This document shows, piece after piece, positions 50,121 through 61,589 of a DNA stretch of 64,000 nucleotides (within the stretch, counting starts at the first letter, position 1; each line of letters begins with the position of its first letter). Source of the DNA: Scyliorhinus canicula. Lineage: Eukaryota. Both the position numbers and the translations under genes were made by a program. A model generated the notes under the pieces. That model made no database searches, was not told the origin of the DNA, and saw only the letters and a program-made list of their open reading frames with translations. Location: positions 5,995,337 through 6,059,336 of the forward strand of contig NC_052172.1 of NCBI RefSeq assembly GCF_902713615.1, in the 5' to 3' direction.

Positions 50121-53100
50121 GCACAAAATCCCTCACCTGCAAGTATCTAAAGTCGTTCCCTCTCGCCAGCCCAAACTTCTCCTCCAGCGCCGGGGGGGGG
50201 GGGGGAGCAACAAAGCTAAATCGCTGGCTTTGAAAGCAGACCAAGCAGGCTAGCAGCACGGTTCGATTCCCGTAACAGCCTCCCCGAACAGGCGCCGGAA
50301 TGTGGCGACTAGGGGCTTTTCACAGTAACTTCATTTGAAGCCTACTCGTGACAATAAGCGATTTTCATTTCATTTTCATTCATGCTCGGATAAGTTCCCT
50401 TCCAGGAACAGATTCCCCCATCCTCACAATCCCCACCCTTCTCCACAGTCGATACCCCCCATCCATGTTCCCCGGGGCAAATCGGTGGTTGCCGCAGATT
50501 GGGGTCCACACCGATGCTCTTCCCTCCCCTACATGCCTCCTCCACTGGCCCAAGTTCCGAACAGCCGCCACCACCATTGGGCTGGTGGAGTACCATGCAG
50601 GCGGAAGGGGCAGAGGTGCCGTGACCAGGGCTGGTAAGTTAGTGCCCCTGCACGAAGCAGCCTCCATCTGCTCCCAAACCGACCCCGCACCCACCATCCA
50701 TTTCCTTATCATCGCTATGTTGGCCGCCCAGTAATAGTTGCTGAAGTTCGGCAACGCCAGCCCCCGTTCTCCTCTGCTCCTGTCAAGCATCACCCTCTTC
50801 ACCTGCGGGGACTTCCCTGCCCATACAAATCCCAGAATAATTTTATTCAGCCTCTTAAAGAAGGACCACGGGATAAAGATGGGGAGACACTGAAAAACAA
50901 ACAACAACCACAGGAGAATCATCATCTTAACAGTTTGCACCCTCCCCACCAATGACAGTGGGGGCGCATCCCACCTCCGGACCTCCTCCCTCACTCTTTC
51001 CACCAGTCAGGACAGGTTGGCTTATGCAACCTACCGCAGTCCCATGCCACCTGAATCCCAAATATCGGAAATTCTCTCCCACTCGTGTGAACTACAACCT
51101 CTTCAGCCTACTCTCCTGCCCCCTCGCCTGAATTACAAACAACTCGCTCTCAGTCATGTTCAGTTTGTATCCGGAGAACCGGCCAAATTCCCTCAGGGTT
51201 GCCAGAATACCGTCCATCCCCACCATTGGGTCCGACACATATAACAGCAGATCATCCCCGTATAACGAGGCTCTATGTTCCACTCCCCCCCCCCCAGACC
51301 AGCCCTTTCTAACCCCTAGAAGCTCTCAGTGCAATTGCCAGCGGCTCTATGGCCAGCGCCAACAGCAGTAGGGAGAGAGGGCAGCCCTGTCTTGTCCCAC
51401 GTTGCAGTCTAAAGTAGTCGATGTCGTTCTGTTCGTCCTTACACTCACCTCCGGGGCCTGATACAATAGCCTAAATCAGTCGATGAACCCCGCCCCGAAC
51501 CCGAACAGTCCTAGTACCTCCCACAGATAATCCCACTCGTCCCGGTCAAAAGCCTTTTCGGCATCCATGGCTACCACTATCTTTACCTCCCTACTCGGGG
51601 GGGGGGGGGGGGCATCATAATCACGTTGAGCAGTCTTCTTATTTTGGCCACCAGCTGCCTCCCCTTTACAAACCCGGTTTGGTTCTCCACAATTACATCC
51701 GGTACACAGTCCTCAATTCTGGTCACCAGAATTTTGGCCAGTAACTTGGCATCTATGTTGATAAATGAGATTGGCCTATATGACCCACTGCCTCCGGGTC
51801 CTTATCCCATTTCAGAATGAGCGAGATGGTGGCCTGCAACATCCTCGGGGGGTAAACTCCCTCTGGCTCTTGCCTCATTAAAGACCTTAACCAGCACCGG
51901 CCCCACTATCTTGGCAATTTTTTTGTAAAACTCCACCAGATACCCGTCCGGCCCTGGGGCTTTACCCGACTGCATGACCTTCAGGCCCCTCAATACCTCT
52001 TCGATCCTGACCAGGGACCCCAGTCTATCCACCAACCCCCTCCCCACTCTTGGGAAGGTCAGTCCATCCAGGAATCGCCTCATCCCCCCCGGTCCCCCGG
52101 GTGGTTCCGAAGTGTACAGCTTCCTATAAAAGTCGCTAAAGACCTTGTTCAGCCCTGCTCGATCACCCACTAGATTATCTTCCCCATCCACTACCCTCCC
52201 TATTTCCCTAGACACTTCCCTCTTCCTCAGTTGCTGTGCAAGCATTCTACTGGCCTTCTCCCCGTGGTCATAAATTGTGCCTTTTACCTTTCTAAGCTGC
52301 TCTACAGCCTTGCCTGTAGTCAACACCCCAAATTCAGCCTGCAGCCTCTGTCGTTTCCTGAGTAACTCTGGCCTTGGGGATTCCGCGTAACTCCTGTCCG
52401 ACCATAGAATTTCCTTAATCAGTTGGTCCGTCTCTGCCCTATCTGTCCTGTCCCTGCCCAGATTGAAATCAACTCCCCTCTCGCCACTGCCTTCAGTGCC
52501 TCCCAGAGCACCGCTGCCGAGACTTCTCCAGTATCGTTCACCTGCAGGTAATTCTGCATGCATTTCCTCAGCCTCTCACACACTGCCTCCTCCGCGAGTA
52601 GCCCAACTTCCAGCCTCCATGGTGGGCGTTGAAAGCTTTCCTTACAAACCTGCAGGTCTACCCAGTGTGGAGCATGGTCCGATATGGCAATTGCCGAATA
52701 TTCTTCCCGCACCATTCCGGCCAGCAGGTCCCTACTCACCACAAAGTAGTCAATTCAGGAATACACCTTGTGGACATGGGAGTAATACAAGAACTCCCTC
52801 GCCGTCAGCCAGCTAAATCTCCACGGATCTGCTTCCCCCATTTGCTCCATGAACCCTCTCAGTTCCTTTGCCATCGGTGGCAACCTGCCCGTTCTTGAGC
52901 ATGACCGGTCCAGGCTCGGGTCCAGGACTGTATTAAAGTCCCCGCCCATGATCAACTTTTGCGAGTCCAAGTCGGGAATCTTCCCTAGCATTCTCCTAAT
53001 AAAATCCACATCGTCCCAATTAGGGGCATACGCACTGACCAGGAGTACTCTCACCCCTTCGAGCTTACCCCTCACCATAACGAAGCTTCCTCCCCCATCC

Positions 53101-55073
53101 ACGACTGTGCCCTCCGCCTCAAATTGTAACCTTTTATTAACCAGGATTGCAACCCCCCTCGTCTTAGAATCAAGCCCCGAATGAAAGATGTGACTGACCC
53201 AGCCCTTCCTTATCCTAACCTGGTCTGCCACTTTCAGGTGTGTCTCCTGCCACAAGAAAATGTCCGCCTTCAGAACCCGCAGATGAGCAAACACATGAGC
53301 CATCTTCACTGACCCGTTTAACCCTCTAACATTCGAGGTGATCAGCCTGGTTGGGGGGCACTTCGCCCCCCCTTTGCCAATCAGCCATCCCCTTTCCTTG
53401 GCCAGCCCCCCAGCCATGTGTTGCGCTTCCTCTGGTCCACCTCCTGGTTGGCTCCACCCATGACCTCCTCACTGTTACCATGCCCAGTTTCCATCCCCGT
53501 CAGCAGAACAACCCCCCTCCCCCCCAGCAATACCATCCTATCACCTAGCCCCTGCTCTAATCTAACTATATGGACACCCTCCCACCTCGTCTCCAGTTGA
53601 CTAGCTGCACTCCGCTAGCCTGGGGCTCCCAGCCTCGGCACCAGCCTGTCTCCCACCCATTGTTCCCATTCACCCCTTCCTCTGATCCCTCCATACCACT
53701 TCCCCAGATCAGCCGTACTTAAGCAAACACTCTATACAAGTCATAGACAGCCCCCACAATAGCACACTTCAAGTTAAACAAGAAAAAAAGAGATATGAAA
53801 TAACAGGCACTCTTCAGTCCTACCCAACCAGACACAGAGAAAGATTACACAAAGTTCCCCGAAGCATCCATTTTAACCCAACCCTTTTAACTGTTTTCTT
53901 TATTAATCCCCCCCGGCCTCCCCCCCCCAGCCAAACTCCAACTAAGCAAAGAGCCCAAACAGGAAACATTCAGGAAAACCACGCAAAAAGCACGTAAAAA
54001 CAGGAAGAAAAAGATACATCCCAAAACAGGAGAGACACCACATATACATAAAAGCTCTAACATGAGCCCAAACATCCTCAGCTCAGGGTCAGCCCTAGCT
54101 TCTTAACGAAGTCCATTGCATCTTAGGGTTCCTCGAAATAGTGGTGCTGACCCTTCTACGTAACCCACAGTCGCGCTGGAAAAAGCAACCCGGATTTCAC
54201 CTTGTTTTTATACAGTATCTCCTTCACCTGCCTGTAGCCTCCCCTCCTCCTGGCCACCTCCGCGCTCAAATCTTGGTACACACATAGGGTGGTATTGTCC
54301 CAAATACAGCTTTGTGTGCTCTTTGCCCATTGCAGCACCCGTTCCTTGTCCAGGAACCTGTGAAAGCGTACCACCATCGCTTGTGGGTGACCCCCTTGTC
54401 ACGGCTGCCTCAGCTGCACTCTGTATGCCCTGTCCACCACCGGTGAGCCTGGGAACACCTCGTTCACCAGCAATGTCTGAAACATACCCTCCACATATGT
54501 GGCAGCGTCTAGCCCCTCTGCCCCCTCTGGGAGGCCAATGATTCTCACATTCTGCGGCGAGATCCGTTGTCCAGGTCCGCCAGCCTTTCCAGAAGCACTT
54601 TTTGCTGGTCCCTCAGCCTCCTGATCTCTACATCCGCCACCGTTTGAAAGTCAGCCTGCTCCTCCACTGATTTCTCCAACTGCTGGAGCTTCTCAGCCTG
54701 ATCATCCAGCCTTTTCCCCATCCGATCAATCGACTTCTGAAGCGGCTCCATGTTGTCACGCTTCAGAGCCAAAAAGCCCTCCTGCATGGCTTGCAGCAGC
54801 TGCTCCATTGTGGGCTGGGCTGTCGGCGCCTTGCTCTGAACACCAGCCATGCCGGTCTCTCTCACAGCCTCCACTGTGCCCTTACTCAACTACTTCTGCT
54901 GTTTACAGTCCCTCTGGCTTCTTAGATCCATACAATTCTGTATGGGTCCTGTGCCTGAGTACTATTGCTTTCCAGTTCCGCGCTCAAAAGCTCAACAAAA
55001 TCAGGGGAAAAGGTCCAAAAGTTCGACCGAAACGGGAGCCACCTTCTCCCTCATAGCCGCCACCGGAAGTCCC
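50121..55073 (-). mobile_element. L1-clade LINE with intact 5' end, decayed ORF1 and ORF2, 3' end missing
   Basis: 5' end GGGACTTCCGGTGGCGGC. ORF1 pieces 54545..54889 and 54156..54377; endonuclease 52755..53417 (LITSNVRGLNG, QETHL, MGGDFN); RT and downstream pieces to RYLQVRDF. SINE tail inserted at about 50230-50375. Confidence 0.88.
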
Positions 55074-55400
55074 GTAAGGAATCACTTTCAAACAACATTG
55101 AGCAATTATCTTCCTTTGCACAGTTAATTACTTTCCACTGCTTGTTTTCCCCTCTTTCTCCCTCCCCCTTTCTTTCCCAGAAATGAACTCACACAATGTT
55201 CCCCAGACTCTCGAATATTCGCCAGATGCGAATCGTGCAAATGTATTCAAGGTGGAATGTAGATAAAGGCTCGAGGAAGAAAGGAGTAGAAAAATTTGCC
55301 AATGCAGTCGAACATCAACCCACTCGGAACTGAAGTTAGGAGCACATTCAGTCAGCAGTTGACACTGTTTTCCAGGGGCCAGATGAAGCAGGTTCTGGGT
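55074..55400 (+). pseudogene. Highly decayed V pseudogene (intron and 5' V exon; leader removed by the L1 event)
   Basis: GTAAGGAATCACTTTC donor similar to the V1 intron; acceptor TTTCCCAG at 55180; exon MNSHNVPQT...VFKVEC then stop, with FR1-like spacing; no RSS found. Confidence 0.55.
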
Positions 55401-55619
55401 GAAACAGATTTAGATAAAAATGCAGATAAAAATTCTCTTATAAAAGAGAATTCAGAAATATAGAGAAAAATGAGAACAAGGAAAACAAGTGAGATTATGT
55501 TTTCAGTCTCCTCATTGACTGATGAGGGCGCTCTAGGACCATTCAAAATATCAGTGCCCAGAACCTGCCGTAATAATAACCCAGGAACTGGAGGGCACAA
55601 ACTCCCCGATATCATTTAT

Positions 55620-57480
55620 TTTATTCTTGATCGTGGCCACCATTGCCTCGGCCGCTACCTGTTGTCCATTCCTAATTGTGTTCACAGTAACTTCATTGAA
55701 GCCTACTCGTGACAATAAGCGATTTTTCATTTCAAATGGGATTGTGGTGTAGGTGCACACACTGTGCTGGTAGGGAGGAAGTTCTAGCAATTTGTTCCAG
55801 CGGCAATGAAGGTACAGTGGTATGGTATACGTTAGGATGATGGGAGAGAACGCGCAGCCTTTGGTGTTCCCATGCATTTGCTACCCTTGTCCTTCAAGGT
55901 GGGAGCGGTCAGGTGCTTGGATGGTGCACGGGAAGGAGCTTTGGTGAGTTGCTGCACTGCTTCTTGTAGATGGTGCACACAGCTGTCACAGTTCTGTGGT
56001 ACAAAGAACAAAGAAAAGTACAGCACAGGAACAGGCCCTTCGGCCCTCCAACCCGTGCCGACCATGCTGCCCGACTAAATGACAATCTTAAAGTGGTGGA
56101 AATGGTGCCCTTCAAGCTGAGCTGCTTTGTCTTGGATAGTGTCGAGCTTCATGAGTGTTATTGGAGTTGCACTCATCCAGGCAAGTGGATTGCCTGGCAT
56201 CACGTCCCTGACCTATGCCGTACAGAGGATGGCGAACATTTGGAGTGTCACAAAGTGAGTTAGCTTTGAGGAGCCCTGATTGTCACGGCATTCATATGGA
56301 TGGTCAATGGTAAAACTCAGAAAGGTGATATTGGGAGATTCAGTGACGGTATTACGATTGGATATCATGAGCAGATGGTTGGATTATCTCTTGTTCGAGG
56401 TGGCCATTGCAGGATATTGTGTGGCATGAATGTTACTTGCCACCTACCAACCACAATATCCATGTCGTCCAGGTCTTGCAGCTTGTGGGCCGGGACTGCT
56501 TCAGTAACTGAGGAGTCACAAATGAATATTGTGCAATTATCATTGTACATGCCCATTTCTGACTTTATGATGGACCGAGGCTGATGGTGGAGCTGAAGAT
56601 GGTTGGCCGATCGAACAAAGACTCTTGCCCTTTGCAGTATCCAGCGCCTTCACAGCCGCTTCTTGATATCACGTGGAGTGAATAGAATTATTTACAGACT
56701 GGTATTTGTGATGCTGGGGAACTCCTGAGGAGGCCGAGATGGTTCATCCACTCCGTAGCGCTGACTGAAGAATGATTCAGCCTTGAAGTTTACACTAATA
56801 CTCTGGATTCTCTGGTCATTGAGGATGGAGATATTTGACGAATATCCTCATCCCATTAGTCGAATTGTCTGTCGGAATTGGTGACAGATTGTAGCAGGAT
56901 TGAAGAGCTTAGAGCTGATCCGTTAGTTGCAGGTTCCCTGAGCTCTGTATATTGCAAGCTGGTCCGTTGTTTGGCATGTATGTAGTCTTGTGTTGTAGAT
57001 TGATAGGGTTGACACGTGATTTTGGCTGTGCCAGGTGCTACTCTTGGCATGTCCTCCTGCACTCCTCATTAAATGATACCCCGGTTTGACGATAATTGTA
57101 GTGTGAGGTTACAGGTTGTGGTTGTTGACAATTCAACTGCTGTTGATGGCCTCAATGCCTCGCCGATGCTCGGTATTGATTTGCCATTAGTTTTCATAAT
57201 GAAGCTTGATGAGGATGAGGTGAAATCGGATTATCTCGCTTGTTGGATCTCTCAACATCTCTTGCAGGCCCAGTCCAGCAGCTGTGACCTTTATGATTCG
57301 GTCAGTAATGGTGCTGTCCAGCCACCCTGGCGGTGGGAATAATGAACAGCATCCAGAATGCAGTGTGTGCAGTTGTAATACTGAGATTGACGATTGACAT
57401 TCCGACCTGGGAAGAAAATGATTCATCAGTTGGTAGAGGTGGAGGGGACGGCTGGCATTCTGTAGGCGGTAGACAGCAGC
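55620..57480 (-). mobile_element. Old degenerate LINE-like sequence with a younger CR1 tail fragment at about 56000-56080
   Basis: Decayed repeat-like sequence, partly paralogous to 63680-64000; family not resolved. Confidence 0.4.
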
Positions 57481-58841
57481 AGATTTGCTTGTTCATGAAT
57501 CCACATATTTACAAAATTATCGATGTAAATTCCACCAGCATCTTGGATGGATTTTCACCCGACCTTCTAGTACATTCACCTCTGGATGATCATCCTAGCG
57601 ACATTTAGGCAATGTGATCCGGTTACAGATACAATTAGATCATCCACTTCCAGCCCACATCCTCAAAACGCTGAACAACACAAATCCATTAAGCTCTTTC
57701 TTGAAATGTCCAGTTGACCATCAGCATCGGCCACCCTTTGGGAAGGGACAGAGTTTGTGAAGGGATGTTTCCTGACCTCTCTTTTGAAAGGCCCGGTGCT
57801 CGTCGTGATGTTATATTGTCCTGGCTCCCAACTCTGGGGGAAACAGCACCTTATTCATCCACCTTATATACTCCTAACAGAGCACACACTCAAATCAGTT
57901 CACCCCTCACCATCCTGCCGTACAGGGAACGGAGAACAACTTCTGAAATCTGTCTTCATGAATAATGTCTTGATTCCGGTACATTCCCTGGTGTTGGGTT
58001 AACGTCCCTGAGCTACTCGTCCATTAGCTCAGGTTAATGTTCTGGCGGGAAATGTGCTAAACTCAAAATGGAAGCGAACGGAATTTGAATTCAATTAATT
58101 AAAAAAAGTGATTGAAAGCTGGTCTCGGGAATGACGGCTTGAAATTATTATCGATTGTTCTGAAACATTGTGCCGCCAGACCAATGTGTTTAACTTTTAA
58201 CTGACCCTGAAATACCACTGAGGTTAAGGACAATTCGGGATGGACAGTATTTGGGACCTTACCAGCGATGGCCACTGTTGAGAAACACTCCCCGGTGACG
58301 CACTGGTCAATCTGCTTGCAGTTCCTCCCAGCTTACTGCATCCTTCTTGATCTGCGTTACCCAGATCTGAGCGCAGTATTCCCGGGTTCTGGAACAACAT
58401 AAGGAAAACTCCCTCCATCAGTTACTCCAGTTCCCACGGTGGGAAGGCTGTCATTCTTTTAGGATTTAATTTCCTTTCCCCGAAAAAAACTGGGTTTGTG
58501 TGATTTGTGGAGCTGAACTTCTTTCCTCCTCCGCGCTGTGTTGCCTCCAGCCAGTTAGAAGATGCACTGCTCTAAATTACTCAGGACGATCTCAAAGGAT
58601 TTGTTTGCTTTGCTGTCTCGCTTCATCCGTTTGTGACCCCCCCAACCCCCCCCCCCCTATACTTCCTGCCCCCACCCTGTCCTCTTACAGCCAATCATAG
58701 AAAGGGGTGTGACTTTCCCAGATATCCTTGGACCTTTTAGGTTGTTTCAATGATTGGACAGAAGGCATGTTGAGTCCCACGACGACCGGCCTCTCTTGTT
58801 TCCGCTTGCATGTCTAACACCAGTAAAGGTTATCATTAAAT

Positions 58842-59314
58842 ATGTTTGTGTTACTCACGCTCACGGTGTTATTTCAATGTAAGTAATATTTTTTGTGAAC
58901 AACAATCTTTTAGAATTTCTTTTAAAAAATTCTTATTGTTTTCTTTCTTTTATATTGATCTTTCACCATAAGGATGTCGATATTTATTAATCTCCTCTTT
59001 ACCCCATCTGTCTTCCAGATGTGAGTTCAATGAACATCCAGCAGACCCCCGCCGCTGTCTCCACATTTGTTGGGGAGGGAGTGAAACTGGATTGTGAGGC
59101 TGAGGGAGCCAGTAGCGGTAACATGTACTGGTACAGGCAACATCCGGGGAAGGGACTGCATCTGATGTTTTTCTCTGTAATAACACCAAACGTGGATCCA
59201 GAGGGGACGGTGGACGGTTTCAGCGCCCAGCGACCGAATGGCGCCGAGTTCAACCTGGAGTCCTCCAGCCTGCGGCTGGATCACTCGGCCGTGTATTACT
59301 GCGCCTGGAGTCTT
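58842..59314 (+). CDS. TRBV: TCR beta-type V segment V4 (leader 58842-58878, V exon 59019-59314), apparently functional
   Basis: Leader MFVLLTLTVLFQ with GTAAGT donor; V exon VSSMNIQQTP...DC...WYRQHPGKG...YYCAWSL. Confidence 0.92.
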
Positions 59315-59353
59315 CACAGTGACTCAGAGAGATGGAGCAGTTCAACAAAAACC
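59315..59353 (+). other. Canonical 23-RSS of V4
   Basis: CACAGTG + 23 nt + ACAAAAACC. Confidence 0.95.
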
Positions 59354-60013
59354 CCAAAGGCAGCAGGAAACAGCTTTTGCAGCACAATTGCGGCTGCTTC
59401 ATCCTGCTGCTTCTTTTCTCTCGCGAGGCAAACATATTCTGACAATTAGAAGAGATCAGTTACGATAAAACTGAGTGATTAGACTAAGAATCGCTGGAGA
59501 AATTTAAAACAAAGTTAACAATAACGTTACCAGAACCGATTGGTTACAGCTTCAGGAAAGTTGACCATGTTAGTTTCTGTTGGGAAATCAAATTTGAGAA
59601 TCTTGATGACATTTTTTGGGTAAATTATGACGTTTGATAGGATCGATGTGCGGAAGGGCAAACTGCAGTAAGGGGATTCGAACCAACATAGTCAACCAAA
59701 AAACGTGGAACTCGCTCCCACCGAGAGGTTGAGGGAATGTCGATGCCTTTAAGAGGAAGCTGCAGAACCGAGTGGGAAAGGAACAGAAGGAAACATGGAT
59801 GAGATAAAACTTCAACCCATCTCGGATTTGAGCAAATTCACACAGCGGGAGACACTGGTTTATGCAGTAGGTGATTTCAGCTGTATGTCCGACAAAAAGA
59901 AAGTAACTAATAGCATTATAAACAAGAGAGAAGGGACGGAGAAGGAAAGAGGAAGATAGCTAGTGAAGGACTGTCGGGCTTGACACACTGAATCTGCGCT
60001 TCATTTCCCAACA

Positions 60014-60031
60014 TGGGCTGCAGAGGGCGCG
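60014..60031 (+). promoter_or_regulatory. CTCF-like motif downstream of V4
   Basis: TGGGCTGCAGAGGGCGCG, preceded 5 nt upstream by TTCATTTCC, which resembles the CTCF upstream module. Confidence 0.5.
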
Positions 60032-61074
60032 AGAGGACCACGACACACATGAGTGACCAAACATGTCTCAATAGAAACAGGAAGAGATGAAAACCGCGCA
60101 GCTCTTAGAACCTGTTCCACTATAGAATTAGATTGGGGCTTATCTCAACCTTAATTCCATTTCCCCGTCTCCAATACCCAACGAAATCTACAATTTCATT
60201 TTTAAAATGTCCAATTGACTATATTTTTGGAGAGAGAGTTTCAGACTTTCAGTTCCTCTTGTAACATTACTTACTTACCTCGCCGCGGTGGACCCGGGTT
60301 TAATGGTGAATTTGTGCCTCGCTGTTCTGAGCTGCATCACCAGAGGGAAGTACACCAAGTTATTAACCGCGTAAACTCTTTAGAAAATGTATAAATATAA
60401 CCTCATTCATCCAACTTACTTTTGTGAAAGAATTGCAGACACACTTAAGCAAACCGTTCTCATAAATTAACCCTATAAGCCCAGTGTAATTATGCTGAAT
60501 TCACTTTGCATCCTTTCTCTGTCCAATACATTCTTCCTGAGGTGAACTGACCAGAACTGATAAAGATTTTCCAGATTGTATCTGCTCTCAACTGGAGTAT
60601 AACCTCCTCCATGTTGCATGCTCGCTCCGCTTTGGGAAAGGTCAGCATGCCATGAGACATGAAGATTTCAATTGTTCATGTCTCTCTGTTTTGAATGGTC
60701 TGTGCAGCTGGATATCAACATTCCTTTGTGGCTCCAGATTCCTCGCTTCTCACCAGTTAGAAAATATTCTGGTCTCTCTTTGACTTCTGTCGACTTTTGT
60801 GACCTGGGATCTGCCAGCATTAAACTGCATCTGCCACTGATTAGCCCACTCACTCCCTCTGTCATTGCCTCCAATGAAAGCCCCTGTTCTAATCGGCTCC
60901 GCTTTCAACCAATCACTGAGCGCATTTCCATCAGTGAGGGAGGGCAGTGCAACATTTACGTCATTACCTCCACCCTCCATCCTTCCCTCAGTGATCTGAA
61001 AGGAGATGAATTCACTCCCAACAAGACTGTGCTCCCGTTTTCTCTCATTCCCCTGTTACAACTTGAAGTTAAAT

Positions 61075-61550
61075 ATGTATCTGTTACTGAAGCTGATGAT
61101 CTTATTTCAGTGTAAGTGAGTTTTCAAGCAGCAACTAGCATCCAATCTTCACATTCCTTTTATTGCTTCTCTCCTATTTCCGTTATTTCCTTCCCTGAAT
61201 GTGCATAAGAATGTTGCTGTTTATTGATCACCTCCTCTTCCGATTTCCTTTCAGATGTGAACTCCGAGACAGTCCACCAGTCTCCAGCAACGGTTTCAAA
61301 ATCTCCTGGAGAGACAGTGGAACTGAAGTGCACTGTGGAGGGAGCCAGTAGCGGTTACATGTTCTGGTACAGACAGTACCCCGGGACGGGGCTGAATCTC
61401 ATGTTTTATTCCCCAGTTGCAAAAAATGTAGATCCACCGGGGACGGTGAACGGTTTCAGCGCCCAGCGACCGACTGGTTCACAGTTCAACCTTGAGTCCT
61501 CCAGCCTGCGGGTGGATCACTCGGCCGTGTATTACTGCGCCTGGAGTATT
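61075..61550 (+). CDS. TRBV: TCR beta-type V segment V5 (leader 61075-61111, V exon 61255-61550), apparently functional; paralog of V3
   Basis: Leader MYLLLKLMILFQ with GTAAGT donor; V exon VNSETVHQSP...WYRQYPGTG...YYCAWSI. Confidence 0.92.
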
Positions 61551-61589
61551 CACAGTGACTCCGAGAGAAGGAGCAGTTGAACAAAAACC
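61551..61589 (+). other. Canonical 23-RSS of V5
   Basis: CACAGTG + 23 nt + ACAAAAACC. Confidence 0.95.

Noticed and set aside
43158-61589. Alternative identity as IgH, IgNAR, TCR-gamma or TCR-delta V
   Set aside because: The CAWS ending and FYS-type CDR2 fit TRBV30-like better, and no closely linked D-J-C mini-cluster typical of shark Ig was seen. Not formally excluded without a phylogeny.
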